A stretch of DNA of 64,000 bases from Candidatus Dormibacteria bacterium. GTDB taxonomy: Bacteria > Chloroflexota > Dormibacteria > Aeolococcales > Bog-877. Of the stretch, positions 28,208 through 37,556 are shown piece after piece. Numbering within the stretch: the first letter of the stretch is position 1; each line of letters opens with the position of its first letter. Location: the NCBI GenBank assembly GCA_046703825.1, contig JBJKSO010000087.1, forward strand, positions 57,503-121,502, written 5' to 3'. The position numbers and the translations under genes are program-made. The notes under the pieces were generated by a model. The model ran no database searches, was not told the DNA's origin, and saw only the letters and a list, made by a program, of their open reading frames with translations.

Positions 28208-29518
28208 CTACTGCGCCTGCGAGGCGTCCACGCGCGACCACTCGTTCTCAGGCGGCGTCCTCAACATCAGCCTGATCGGGCGGTCGAAGGCGACGTAGTC
28301 CCAGGCCCAGTTAATCAGGGTGGCGACCCGGGCGCGGAAGGTCACGATGTTGGCCAGGTGCACCACCAACCACAGCAGCCAGCCCGCGAAGCCGGTCAGC
28401 CGCAGCGGCCCGATCTGGGCCACTCCGGCGTTCCTTCCGATGGTGGCCATGATCCCGAGGTCGTGATACCGGAAGGGTTGCGGGGGTTGCCCGGCCAGCG
28501 AGTTGCCGATGTTCTCGGCGGCAAGCCGTGCCTGCTGGATCGCCACCTGGGCCAGCATGGGCAGCTCCTCGAGACTGGCCAAGTCCCCGATCACCATCAC
28601 CTCGGGCCGACCCCGCAATTGCAGGGTCGGTTCGACGGGCACCCTGCCTCCCCGGTCCACCGGGAGCCCAAGCCGCTCCCCCAAGGGTGATCCCCGCACT
28701 CCCGCCGTCCAGATCACGGACGCGGTGCTGATGCTAGGGCCGGCTTCAGTGACTAGCCGGCCGGGAGTGAGTTGCCGAACCGCCGCCCCAAGCCTGACCT
28801 CCACCCCTTTGCGCTCCAGGTCCAGCCGGGCCGCCGCCTGCAGCCGCGGAGCGAACCCCGGCAGCAGATATTGGGTGGCCTCCACCAGCACCACTCGCGG
28901 ATCGATGCCCGCCACCCGACGGAAGTCACGGCGGCGGAGCAACCTGATCAACTCCATCAGTGCCCCCGCGAACTCGACCCCGGTCGGGCCGCCGCCGACG
29001 ACCGCGAACGTGAGCAACTGGCGGCGGCGCTCGGGGTTCCGCTCCCAGACGCTGGCCTCGAACCGGCGCAGGATCCAGTTGCGCAGGCCGATGGCGTCGG
29101 GCAGATCTTTCAAGGAGAGCGAGTGCTCTTCGATGGTGGGGTTGCCGAAGTAGTTGTTCACGCTCCCGGCCGCCACCACCAAGAAGTCGTAGGTGATGTC
29201 GCCGCGATCAGTGCGCACCATCCTTTTATCGAGGTCGATGTCCTGAACCTCGGCCACCCGGAACGAGCAGTTGCGCAATCCCCGGACCAGCTTGCGGATG
29301 GGCTGAGCGATCTCGGACGGGTTGAGCAGCGCCGAGGCCACCTGGTACAGCAGCGGGGTGAACAGGTGGTAGTTGTGGCGGTCCACCAGCAGCACCCGCA
29401 CCGGCTGGCGGGCCAGCGCCCGCACCAGGGTAAGCCCGGCAAAGCCGCCCCCGACGACCACTACCAGAGGTGGGGCTGGGCGCCGGGAGGGGCGGGACAG
29501 ACCGCGAATCCCTCTCAT
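28208..29518 (-). CDS. ndh: Type II NADH dehydrogenase (NDH-2)
   Basis: VVVVGGGFAGLTLVRAL, then HNYHLFTPLLYQVA, a second Rossmann motif VVGGGPTGVEFAG, and a C-terminal amphipathic/TM tail. Confidence 0.9.
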   Translation of the reverse strand: MRGIRGLSRPSRRPAPPLVVVVGGGFAGLTLVRALARQPVRVLLVDRHNYHLFTPLLYQVASALLNPSEIAQPIRKLVRGLRNCSFRVAEVQDIDLDKRMVRTDRGDITYDFLVVAAGSVNNYFGNPTIEEHSLSLKDLPDAIGLRNWILRRFEASVWERNPERRRQLLTFAVVGGGPTGVEFAGALMELIRLLRRRDFRRVAGIDPRVVLVEATQYLLPGFAPRLQAAARLDLERKGVEVRLGAAVRQLTPGRLVTEAGPSISTASVIWTAGVRGSPLGERLGLPVDRGGRVPVEPTLQLRGRPEVMVIGDLASLEELPMLAQVAIQQARLAAENIGNSLAGQPPQPFRYHDLGIMATIGRNAGVAQIGPLRLTGFAGWLLWLVVHLANIVTFRARVATLINWAWDYVAFDRPIRLMLRTPPENEWSRVDASQAQ

Positions 29519-29557
29519 CCGAAAGACGGTACGGGTAGCGCGGGTGGCCCGCTCGTA

Positions 29558-30694
29558 TCAGCTTGAACGGGGCAGGGAGGCGGGGGCCCACCGCTCGCCA
29601 TGGTCGCGGCTGAGCAGCACACCCGGCACCCGCCCGGCCAGGGCGGCCAGCCCGCTCCCGTCCGGCAGCAGATTGAGGTACGACATGGCGGTGAGGTCGC
29701 TGGGAGTCTTCGTGACCTTCCAGGTCATTCCCTGATTCTTGGTCAGGAACAGCTTCCCGGCGCCCCCCACCGCCCAGCGGCCGGGCGCGAGAAGTCCGAA
29801 GGGGGCCAGGGCGGTCTTGGAGCCGGTGCTCAGCGCCTTACCCCCCTTGAACCAGTTCTGGCCGGCGTCATAACTCACCGCGAACTGCATGCGGCCGCCG
29901 GAGTACCCCACCGCCAGAACGCCCTGGTCGGGGGTGAGGTAGATGGGGTCGGTCACCGCCACCCGGGCGGATTGGCTGACGACGTTGGGCAGCTGCTGGC
30001 GGTGCCAGCGGTGTCCCCCGTCGCTGGTGACCAGCAGCAGGCCGCCACGGGTCGGGCAGGGATCTGCCAGAGCCCCCGCCATGTTGGTGCTGAAGTTGAG
30101 CAGGGGGTAGGCCGCCTGGCCGCACCGAGGCACCGCTCCCGCGGCGGGTAGGCCGCGGGTCGACATCGGACGCCAGCTTCGTCCCCCGTTGTTGGTGCTC
30201 AGCAGCCGAGTGGAGCTGGAGCCCGGCAAGAGCAACCAGCCCCGCTCGGGGTTGAGGAAGAACAGCTGCGTGCCGTCACCCACCTGCCGGCGGAGGGAGA
30301 CAGCGGTCCAGCGGACACCTCCGTCCGCCGAACGGAACAGCCGGTTCGAGGAGCCCACCGCCACGGCCCACGCGTCCTTGGTCCCGAGGAAGAAGGTGGC
30401 AACCACGCGGGTATCGGGGTTACCTCCGAGGGTCCGCCGCCAGCTGGCGCCCCCGTCGCGGCTCACCAGCACGGCGGATCCGCCTTGGAGCCAGACCAAG
30501 GTCTTGCTGGGTTGATAGGCGCCGGCGGCACCGGGGATGGCGGTCGCTGGATGGGGTGACGCGGGCTCAGTGGGTGTGCCGCAGGCGGCCAGCATCAAAC
30601 CGCCCAGCGCCGCAATGAGAAGGGGAGCGCCGACCCGCCGCGACCCTCGGCGCCAGCCGGCCGCGCCCAAGCGCGATCGCAAGCGCTCAGCCAC
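29558..30694 (-). CDS. BNR/Asp-box repeat beta-propeller lipoprotein (Ycf48/sialidase-like fold)
   Basis: Seven S-x-D-x-G-x-x-W repeats (SRDGGASW, SADGGVRW, TNNGGRSW, SDGGHRW, SYDAGQNW, TKNQGMTW, SRDHGERW). The signal has a LAAC lipobox. The start is uncertain: the ORF opens at 30787, which would overlap moaA. Confidence 0.7.
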   Translation of the reverse strand: MAERLRSRLGAAGWRRGSRRVGAPLLIAALGGLMLAACGTPTEPASPHPATAIPGAAGAYQPSKTLVWLQGGSAVLVSRDGGASWRRTLGGNPDTRVVATFFLGTKDAWAVAVGSSNRLFRSADGGVRWTAVSLRRQVGDGTQLFFLNPERGWLLLPGSSSTRLLSTNNGGRSWRPMSTRGLPAAGAVPRCGQAAYPLLNFSTNMAGALADPCPTRGGLLLVTSDGGHRWHRQQLPNVVSQSARVAVTDPIYLTPDQGVLAVGYSGGRMQFAVSYDAGQNWFKGGKALSTGSKTALAPFGLLAPGRWAVGGAGKLFLTKNQGMTWKVTKTPSDLTAMSYLNLLPDGSGLAALAGRVPGVLLSRDHGERWAPASLPRSS

Positions 30695-31700
30695 CCAGGT
30701 AGGACATCTCCACCTTGCGGCCCGAGGCCGCACCCTGCTGGGAGCGCAGCTCTGAGTAGCGGTCGTCCCGAGCGGCCCAGATGGCACGGATCGCCTCGGT
30801 CAGCGCCCGTCCATTGCCTCCGCCGCGGAGTACCGACCTTAGGTCGTGGCCGCCAGTGGAGAAAAGGCAGGTGTGGAGCTGCCCTTCAGCGGTCAGCCGC
30901 AGCCGGGTGCAGCCTCCACAGAAGGGGCGGGAGACCGAGGCGATCACACCCAGCTCTCCACCACCATCGAGGTAGCGGTAGCGGTTGGCCACCTCGCCGG
31001 GATATCCAGGTGCCACCGCTTCCAGCGGCCACTCCTCGGCGATGAGCTGCACGACGGCGGCGGCGGGAAGCACCTCCTCCATCCGCCAACCGTGGGTCTC
31101 TCCCACGTCCATGTACTCGATGAGCCGGAGAACATGACCCTCTTCGCGGGCGTAGCGCGCCAGATCGACTATGCCTTGGTCGTTGAGTCCCTTGCGGACC
31201 ACGGCGTTGAGTTTGATTGGCCCGAGGCCAGCCTGCTTGGCTGCGGCTATCCCCTGGAGCACGGAGTCGATCGGCCAGCCGACTCCGTTCATCAACTTGA
31301 AGATCTCCGGATCCAACGAATCGAGGCTCACCGAGATCCGTCCCAGCCCCGCCGCCGCCAGCTGAGCCGCGAACCGCGACAGCAGCGCGCCGTTGGTGGT
31401 CATGGCCAGGTCCTCGACGCCGCCCACGGCGGCCAAACCGGCTACCAGTGCAACCACGTCGCGCCGGAGCAGGGGCTCGCCACCCGTGAGACGGACTTTG
31501 CGCAGGCCCAGAGGAACCGCCGCGGCCACCACCTCGCAGATCTCCTCGAACGTCAGGATCTCCGACTTGGGGAGAAAGGCGTGGCCGGGCCCGAAGACCT
31601 CCAAAGGCATGCAGTAGCGGCAGCGGAAGTTGCAGCGGTCGGTGACCGACACGCGCAGATCGCGAAGCGGCCGACTCAGCCGGTCTCGAACTGCGACCAT
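30687..31700 (-). CDS. moaA: GTP 3',8-cyclase MoaA (molybdenum cofactor biosynthesis, radical SAM)
   Basis: LRVSVTDRCNFRCRYCMP, an LTGGEPLLR glycine-rich region, and a C-terminal CGGCTRLRLTAEG second cluster. Confidence 0.92.
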   Translation of the reverse strand: MVAVRDRLSRPLRDLRVSVTDRCNFRCRYCMPLEVFGPGHAFLPKSEILTFEEICEVVAAAVPLGLRKVRLTGGEPLLRRDVVALVAGLAAVGGVEDLAMTTNGALLSRFAAQLAAAGLGRISVSLDSLDPEIFKLMNGVGWPIDSVLQGIAAAKQAGLGPIKLNAVVRKGLNDQGIVDLARYAREEGHVLRLIEYMDVGETHGWRMEEVLPAAAVVQLIAEEWPLEAVAPGYPGEVANRYRYLDGGGELGVIASVSRPFCGGCTRLRLTAEGQLHTCLFSTGGHDLRSVLRGGGNGRALTEAIRAIWAARDDRYSELRSQQGAASGRKVEMSYLGG

Positions 31701-31743
31701 CCGCCCATCCTAGCGCCAGCCGAAGTCAGCCCCACCCCGGGAC

Positions 31744-32748
31744 TCAGTGGGCCAGCGCCGCCCGCACAGACTCCTTCATCGATCCCATGGTGGACATGAC
31801 CGCCGTCGGCTCGTAGCCGCAGTGCGCCATGCAGTTCTCGCACTTGGGGTTGCGTCCCCGCCCGTAGCTGTCCCAGTCAGTCGTGTCCAGCAGCTCCTTG
31901 TACGACCCGACGTAGCCATCCGAAAGCAGGTAGCAAGGCCGCTGCCAGCCGAAGACCGAGTAGCAGGGAATCCCCCAGGCGGTGCAGGCGAAGTCGACCT
32001 TGCCCTCGAGGAAATCGAGGAACAAAGGCGAGTGGTTGAGGCGCCACTTCTCGCGCCGTCCATCGCTGAAGGCGTCGCGGAAGATCTGGCGGGTGCGCTC
32101 CACCCCCATGAAGTGTTCCTGGTCAGGGGCCTTCTCGTAGGCGTAGGCAGGCGAGATCTGCATGTTGTCAACTTGCAAGTCGTCGTTGAGATAGTCGAGC
32201 ACGTCCCGAACCGACTTGGCATCGTCTTGGGTGAAGAAGGTGGTGTTGGTGGTGACCCGGAAGCCGCGCCGCTTCGCCTCCCTGATGGCAGCAACCGCCT
32301 TGTCGAAGACCCCCTGCCGGCAGACCGACTCATCGTGACGCTCCCGCAGCCCATCCACATGCACGGACCAGGCGAAGTAGGGATGCGGCTTGAAGAGGTC
32401 GAGCTTGCGCTCCATGAGGATCGCGTTGGTGCAGAGGTAGACGAACTTCTTGCGGTCCAGCAGCGCCTGGACAATCTGATCGATCTCCTTGTGCACCAGC
32501 GGTTCGCCGCCAGCAATGGAGACCACGGGCGCACCGCACTCTTCGATGGCATCGATGCACTGCTGCACCGAGAGGCGCCGGCGCAGGATGTCATCGGGGT
32601 GCTGGATCTTGCCGCAGCCGGCGCACTCCAAGTTGCACTGGTAGAGGGGCTCCAACTGCAGCACCAGGGGAAACTTCTTGACGCCCCTGAGGCGCTGGGA
32701 CATCAGGTAGGTGCCCACCTTGATCTTCTGACGCATCGGAATGGACAT
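31744..32748 (-). CDS. hpnH: HpnH-like radical SAM protein (adenosylhopane-forming enzyme family)
   Basis: MSIPMRQKIKVGTYLMSQRLRGVKKFPLVLQLEPLYQCNLECAGCGKIQHPDDIL...VSIAGGEPLVHKE...FVYLCTNAIL. From memory, HpnH is conserved end to end. I took the start at the internal Met; the ORF extends to 32925. Confidence 0.8.
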   Translation of the reverse strand: MSIPMRQKIKVGTYLMSQRLRGVKKFPLVLQLEPLYQCNLECAGCGKIQHPDDILRRRLSVQQCIDAIEECGAPVVSIAGGEPLVHKEIDQIVQALLDRKKFVYLCTNAILMERKLDLFKPHPYFAWSVHVDGLRERHDESVCRQGVFDKAVAAIREAKRRGFRVTTNTTFFTQDDAKSVRDVLDYLNDDLQVDNMQISPAYAYEKAPDQEHFMGVERTRQIFRDAFSDGRREKWRLNHSPLFLDFLEGKVDFACTAWGIPCYSVFGWQRPCYLLSDGYVGSYKELLDTTDWDSYGRGRNPKCENCMAHCGYEPTAVMSTMGSMKESVRAALAH

Positions 32749-32787
32749 CCGCTCCTCCTGCTCGAGGTGGCTGGCGGCGGCTAACTC

Positions 32788-32822
32788 GTTTAGGACTCTA
32801 AACCTTGTAACTATCCTAAGGT
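32788..32822. promoter_or_regulatory. Stacked inverted repeats in a low-GC intergenic stretch between hpnH-like and merR-like genes; candidate MerR operator and leaderless promoter
   Basis: GTTTAG-gact-CTAAAC at 32788-32803. TTAGGA and TCCTAA at 32790-32795 and 32814-32819 with an 18 nt spacer. ACCTTG and TAAGGT at 32802-32807 and 32817-32822. TAAGGT fits a TANNNT -10 box only 5 nt upstream of the ATG at 32827. Confidence 0.45.
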
Positions 32823-32826
32823 CAAC

Positions 32827-33786
32827 ATGCAAGTGCCCAGTCCGGAGGCGACTGACGACCCAGGTCTCCTCAAGATCGGTGAGGCGGCGGCGCTCACCGG
32901 CGTGAGTGCCGGACGCATCCGCCACTACCAGCGCTTGGGACTGGTGCGGCCCAGTAGAGGCCTCACCGGCTACCGTCTCTTCACCGCCAGTGACCTCCTG
33001 CGGTTGCTCCAGATCGACTTGCTGCGCGGCGTCGGCTTGGGCCTCCCCCAGATCTCGCTCTCACTGCCGGGGCACGGCGACACCGCCTCCCTGCACGAGG
33101 CCTTGCTCCGGCACCGCGGCGCCCTGGACGGTGAGCGCCAGCGCCTGGAGACCCTGATCGCCGCAGTGGACCGGGCCCTGGCCGCCCCGGCCGCAGACCC
33201 AGCCGCGGTAGCGGCCATCCTCTCCTCCGCCCACTCCCGGCCCCGCCAGAGCCTGGGCGTATTCGGCCGTCTCACCAAACCACTTTCGGAGACCGCCTGG
33301 ACCGCCTACCAAGGGGCGCTGAGCTGGGGGGCCGATCTGCCCGTGCCCCCCATCTTTGGCCGGATGCTACTGCCAGCTCAGGTCACCGACCTTCTCGAGC
33401 AGCTCGCCGCCGCCGAAGGCTTCGACCAGCTCTTCCGTCGCCTTGCCGAGCTGGCCCGCGACATCGTTGTGCGCAGCGAGCTCCTTTCCGACCAGCCTGG
33501 GGCTGCTCGCGAGCTGGGGCGGGGCTGGATGGATCAGCTCGAGCGCCGTCCGCTGCCCGCCGACGTGCGCCAGGCGCTGGCCCGCAACATCCCGCGCATC
33601 CGCAACCTGCGCGTCCTCAACCAGGGATTCCGGCTGTGGGCCGCAACCCTGTCTCCGTTCGCCGCGGCGGTGCTGGAGGAGATTGACGCAGAGAGCCGCC
33701 GCCGTGGCCTGCTGGTGCTCGCCGTCCTGCCCAGCCAGCGACGCCCGACCCGGTCAGCGCGGCAACGAGCGCTGGCGCGCCGCTAA
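32827..33786 (+). CDS. MerR-family transcriptional regulator with a long C-terminal effector domain
   Basis: HTH LLKIGEAAALTGVSAGRIRHYQRLGLVRPSRGLTGYRLF at the N-terminus, followed by a coiled-coil-like region. It is divergent from the hpnH-like gene. Confidence 0.8.
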   Translation: MQVPSPEATDDPGLLKIGEAAALTGVSAGRIRHYQRLGLVRPSRGLTGYRLFTASDLLRLLQIDLLRGVGLGLPQISLSLPGHGDTASLHEALLRHRGALDGERQRLETLIAAVDRALAAPAADPAAVAAILSSAHSRPRQSLGVFGRLTKPLSETAWTAYQGALSWGADLPVPPIFGRMLLPAQVTDLLEQLAAAEGFDQLFRRLAELARDIVVRSELLSDQPGAARELGRGWMDQLERRPLPADVRQALARNIPRIRNLRVLNQGFRLWAATLSPFAAAVLEEIDAESRRRGLLVLAVLPSQRRPTRSARQRALARR

Positions 33787-33862
33787 CTTGAACGGCTCAC
33801 AAGATCTGTAGACAGCTGGGAGCCTGAGCGGGGTTCCTGGGCAAGGAAAAGCGGCCCATCCT

Positions 33863-34129
33863 TTGGGTGTTCAAAGCTCAAGGGAGGGGGCCGCCGTGAC
33901 CAATGATGACCTGATCTTCCGTGACCGTGTGCGCCTGTTCGCCCGGGCCAGGGAAGTTGGGGTGAGCCAGGCCTGCCGGGAGCGTGGCTTCCACCGCTCC
34001 TGGTACTACCGCTGGAAGCCCTTGGTGGAGCGGCACGGGCTGGAGATCCTGAGACCCCGCCTGGGCGGTGGGCGAGATCAGCCTGGAAGACCTGGTGCTC
34101 GCCCACATGCGCCGAGCCCAACCGGCTAG
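33863..34129 (+). mobile_element. Truncated IS481/IS3-like transposase N-terminal (HTH) fragment; remnant pseudogene
   Basis: DDLIFRDRVRLFARAREVGVSQACRERGFHRSWYYRWKPLVERHGLEILRPR matches the transposase N-terminal HTH, and ARPHAPSP matches the RPHRSP box. The ORF stops before any DDE catalytic domain. It lies about 200 bp from tRNA-Gln. Confidence 0.55.
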
Positions 34130-34324
34130 AGGCGGCGCAACTCCGTTCCCCACAGGATCGCCTTCTGGTGGATTCGGCATCTGACCGGCTGAGCCGGCTG
34201 GATGGCGGTGGAACCCGGGCCGCGCCTCTGCCGGCGCCTGGCCGATCCAAGTCAGGCACTACTAGCCCCAAGGTCCGGGCCGCGCGGTTCCGTAAGGGGG
34301 CCACCGTCTTGAGACATCACAGAG

Positions 34325-34396
34325 CTGGGGCGGAAGGATTCGAACCTTCGAATGGGGGATCCAAAGTCCCCTGCCTTACCACTTGGCGACGCCCCA
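34325..34396 (-). tRNA. tRNA-Gln (anticodon TTG)
   Basis: The reverse complement reads TGGGGCGTCGCCAAGTGGTAAGGCAGGGGACTTTGGATCCCCCATTCGAAGGTTCGAATCCTTCCGCCCCAG. It has a 7 bp acceptor stem, an anticodon stem GGGGA/TCCCC with loop CTTTGGA, and a T-loop GGTTCGAATCC. It is very close to E. coli tRNA-Gln. No CCA is encoded. Confidence 0.88.
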
Positions 34397-34449
34397 CCGA
34401 CCGGAGACAGATTAGCGGCGCCCCGCGCGGGAGCTGAAGCCTAGACGAA

Positions 34450-36429
34450 TCAGCTTTGGGCCGACTCGTTCCGGCTTAGGCGCACGAACGGCGTTAGCGC
34501 GGCCGGATCCTGCAACGCCTCGACGCTGATCACTGACTCCGGGGCGGCGCCGCTCAGGATCTTCTTGACCGGGACTTCAAGCTTCTTGCCGCTAAGCGTC
34601 TTGGGGATGCTGGCTAGCGCATAGATGAAGTCAGGCACGTGGCGCGGCGAGACCTGCTCTCGCAGGCGCTGCCGGATCGCCGCCTCCAGCCCCGCGCTCA
34701 ATCCCATCCCGGGTTGCAGCACCAGGAACAGCCACAGTCGCGACTCCCCATCAGAACTCCCGACGTCCACCGCGAGCGCCTCGACCACCTCCTCCATCTC
34801 CTCGACCGCCCGGTAGATCTCACTGGTCCCGATGCGCACGCCGTGCCGGTTGATGGTGGAGTCGGACCGGCCATAGATGACGACACCGCCGTCGCTGCGC
34901 ACCTTGATCCAGTCTCCGTGCCGCCACACGCCGGGAAAGGTCTCGAAGTAGCTGCTCCGGTAGCGGCGCCCGTCGGGATCTCCCCAGAAGCTCACCGGCA
35001 TCGAGGGCATGGGCGCGGTCAAGACCAACTCCCCCACCTGGTCCCGTACCGGTTTGCCGGCCGCATCGAAAGCCTCGACCGCCACACCCAGCCCACGGCA
35101 CTGAATCACTCCCGCCCGTACCGGCAGCCAGGGACACCCCAGCACAAACGCGGTGCAAACGTCGGTCCCACCGCTCACCGACGCCAGCCAAACGTCTTGC
35201 CGCACCGACCGGTAGACCCACGCGAAGCCTTCTGGGGACAGCGGTGAACCGGTGGAGCCGATGAAGCGGAGGGCCTGCAGGTCGAACTGTTCCGCGGGGC
35301 GGATTCCGGCCTTGGCGCAGCCGGCGAGGTGTCCGGCGCTGGTGCCGAAGTGGGTCACCCGCGCCTCGGCGGCCAACTGCCAGAGCCGGTCCGGACCGGG
35401 ATGGACCGGGCTGCCGTCGTAGAGGATCACAGCCGCGCCGACCAATAGGCTGCCGAGCAGGTGGTTCCACATCATCCAGCCGGTGGTCGTGAACCAAAAC
35501 GACCGGTCCCGGGGACCGAGATCACTGTGCAGCGCGAGCGCTTTGTACTGCTCCAGGAGCATTCCCCCGTGGCCGTGGACTATGGCCTTTGGCAGCCCGG
35601 TGGTCCCGGAGGAGTACAGGACCCAGAGCGGGTGGTCGAAGGCCACCGGCTCGAACGCGATCTCTGCGGCCGGCTGAGCCACTTCCTCCCAGGCGACCGT
35701 CGTCGGCGACTGTGCGTCCGCCGGCAGGCCTAGTACGGGTATAAGCACGCATACCTGCAGTGATGACATCCGTTCCGCAAGCCGTGCCACAGCTGGGCGC
35801 CGGTCGAAGACCTTGCCTCCGTACACATAGCCATCCGCAGCGAATAGAACCTTTGGCTCAACCTGCTCCAGCCGGTCCAACACCGCCCGCTCGCCGAAGT
35901 CGGGTGAGCAGCTGGTCCACACAGCGCCGATGGAAGTGGTGGCCAGACAGGCGATGACCGCCTCGGGGACGTTGGGAAGGTAGGCGGCGACTCGATCTCC
36001 CTTGGAGACTCCCTGAGCTCGCAGCCACTTGGCCACCCCACCGACCAGTGCCCGCAGTTCGAGGCCGCTCAGCCGCTGCGGGGGACGGGCCTCGGAGAAG
36101 CCGAGCACCGCGAGCCGGTCTTCCCACCCGCGCAGTGCGTGCTCGGCGTAGTTGAGCCGTGAGCCGGCGAACCACTTAGTAGCCGGCATCGACCCGCCGT
36201 CGATGACCTGGGAATAAGGGCTGGCTGAGCTGATTTCGAAGTGATCCCAGACGGCCGCCCAGAACGCCTCGGGCTCGTCCACCGACCAGCGCCAGAGCCT
36301 CTCGTAGTCGGGCGGCTCACCACCCCAGCCGAGCGCCGACCCGGCGGCGAACCGGGTGAGGTGGCAGCCGGCGACCAGCTGCGCCGAGGGTGTCCAAAGC
36401 AGGGTCCCCTCTTCCGCCGGTCGGTCCAC
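34450..36429 (-). CDS. Acetoacetyl-CoA synthetase (acetoacetate-CoA ligase, ANL superfamily)
   Basis: 659 aa with the N-terminal pattern typical of AACS (LWTPSAQLVAGCHLTRF...DYERLWRWSVDEPEAFW), AMP-binding core YSSGTTGLPKAIVHGHGG, and C-terminal lysine SGKKLE. Confidence 0.85.
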   Translation of the reverse strand: MDRPAEEGTLLWTPSAQLVAGCHLTRFAAGSALGWGGEPPDYERLWRWSVDEPEAFWAAVWDHFEISSASPYSQVIDGGSMPATKWFAGSRLNYAEHALRGWEDRLAVLGFSEARPPQRLSGLELRALVGGVAKWLRAQGVSKGDRVAAYLPNVPEAVIACLATTSIGAVWTSCSPDFGERAVLDRLEQVEPKVLFAADGYVYGGKVFDRRPAVARLAERMSSLQVCVLIPVLGLPADAQSPTTVAWEEVAQPAAEIAFEPVAFDHPLWVLYSSGTTGLPKAIVHGHGGMLLEQYKALALHSDLGPRDRSFWFTTTGWMMWNHLLGSLLVGAAVILYDGSPVHPGPDRLWQLAAEARVTHFGTSAGHLAGCAKAGIRPAEQFDLQALRFIGSTGSPLSPEGFAWVYRSVRQDVWLASVSGGTDVCTAFVLGCPWLPVRAGVIQCRGLGVAVEAFDAAGKPVRDQVGELVLTAPMPSMPVSFWGDPDGRRYRSSYFETFPGVWRHGDWIKVRSDGGVVIYGRSDSTINRHGVRIGTSEIYRAVEEMEEVVEALAVDVGSSDGESRLWLFLVLQPGMGLSAGLEAAIRQRLREQVSPRHVPDFIYALASIPKTLSGKKLEVPVKKILSGAAPESVISVEALQDPAALTPFVRLSRNESAQS

Positions 36430-36472
36430 TAGGGGGTCACCTTACTCCATGACGCGTGCGCGTCGGGGTCGA

Positions 36473-36922
36473 TCAGGCAGCGCGGTGGCTGGCGCTCAGG
36501 AGTGCATCGATCGCGGCCGCAAGCCGCCGCCGCTGGTCCAACCCCAGGCTCTCGGCCATACCCTCGAAGCCGGACCGGTAGGCATCCCGCAGCTGTCGTA
36601 GCCTGCGGGCGCCGCACACAGTCAGCATGATCAATTCGGGAGAGCGACCTTCCAGCAGCCCAAGCTCGCCGCGGCTGGCCAACTCCTCAACTGTGGCCTG
36701 GGCGAGCGGGGGTTCGACGCCCATCGTCAGCGCCAGGTCGGCCAACCTCTGGCGGCGGCTGCCGACGAGTGACAGCACCTCGAACTCACCGTAGAGCTCA
36801 CTGTCGAGCACCTGCCGCTGCACCGGCGGTGCGCAGCGGACGACGGCGGAGCGCCACTTCAGAACCGCTTCGGTGCAACGCTCCACGAGATCAGAGTTCG
36901 GCATCCGGTGTTCTCTGGCCAT
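36473..36922 (-). CDS. MarR-like transcriptional regulator
   Basis: About 150 aa with helical wHTH composition (LSLVGSRRQRLADLALTMGVEPPLAQATVEELASRGEL). The ORF extends to 36976. Confidence 0.6.
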   Translation of the reverse strand: MAREHRMPNSDLVERCTEAVLKWRSAVVRCAPPVQRQVLDSELYGEFEVLSLVGSRRQRLADLALTMGVEPPLAQATVEELASRGELGLLEGRSPELIMLTVCGARRLRQLRDAYRSGFEGMAESLGLDQRRRLAAAIDALLSASHRAA

Positions 36923-37055
36923 CGGGCACTCACTCGAGGTTGCCGGCTTGACCTGAATAGCGCACCGGGGGGCCATTTGGTTTCAGGATGGAACCAAAAT
37001 GCTGACCTCCTCAGATCAGCGGCCGCTATGCATCGCCCCGGCCGGGTCGCCAGCC

Positions 37056-37556
37056 CTACTGCAGGCGCTCTGAGAGCGCTGCGACCAGCTCCTCCATCAC
37101 CGCCACCACCGACTGCATCTGTTCGCGGCTGACGCCTTCCAAGCTCTCCAGCACCCGCTCTCTTTGGAACTCCCGGTAGCGCTCAACCGTCTCGATCCCG
37201 GCCGAAGTCGGCTCAAGGAGCACCTCCCGCCGGTTAGTGGGGTTGGGCTGGCGCTCCACCAGGCCTTGCTGAACCATCCGCTCGCCCAGGGCGGTGGCGG
37301 CGGCCCGGGTGACCCCGAGCTGGTCGGCCAGATCGCTCATCCGCCTGCCCCCAGTGAGCAGGCACTCCAGGGCGTCGATCTGGTGGGGGGTCACCGTCCC
37401 CGGCCCACCCGGAGCGAGCGCGCCCACCCCCGGTGCCAGCGCCCGCGCCAGCAGGCCGCGAACCATGAAGAGGCGCTCGGCCAGCTCGGCGGCCGCAGCG
37501 TCGGCGACTGACTTCGCCGAACCGGGCACCTCGTCCTCGGTCAATTGCTCCGTCAT
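37056..37556 (-). CDS. MarR-family transcriptional regulator
   Basis: RRMSDLADQLGVTRAAATALGERMVQQGLVERQPNPTNRREVLLEPTSAG is a classic MarR wHTH and wing. Confidence 0.75.
   Translation of the reverse strand: MTEQLTEDEVPGSAKSVADAAAAELAERLFMVRGLLARALAPGVGALAPGGPGTVTPHQIDALECLLTGGRRMSDLADQLGVTRAAATALGERMVQQGLVERQPNPTNRREVLLEPTSAGIETVERYREFQRERVLESLEGVSREQMQSVVAVMEELVAALSERLQ

Noticed and set aside
34168-34437. An 89 aa plus-strand ORF
   Set aside because: It overlaps the tRNA-Gln gene. A second ORF at 51894-52208 on the minus strand similarly overlaps tRNA-Thr. Both are artefacts.
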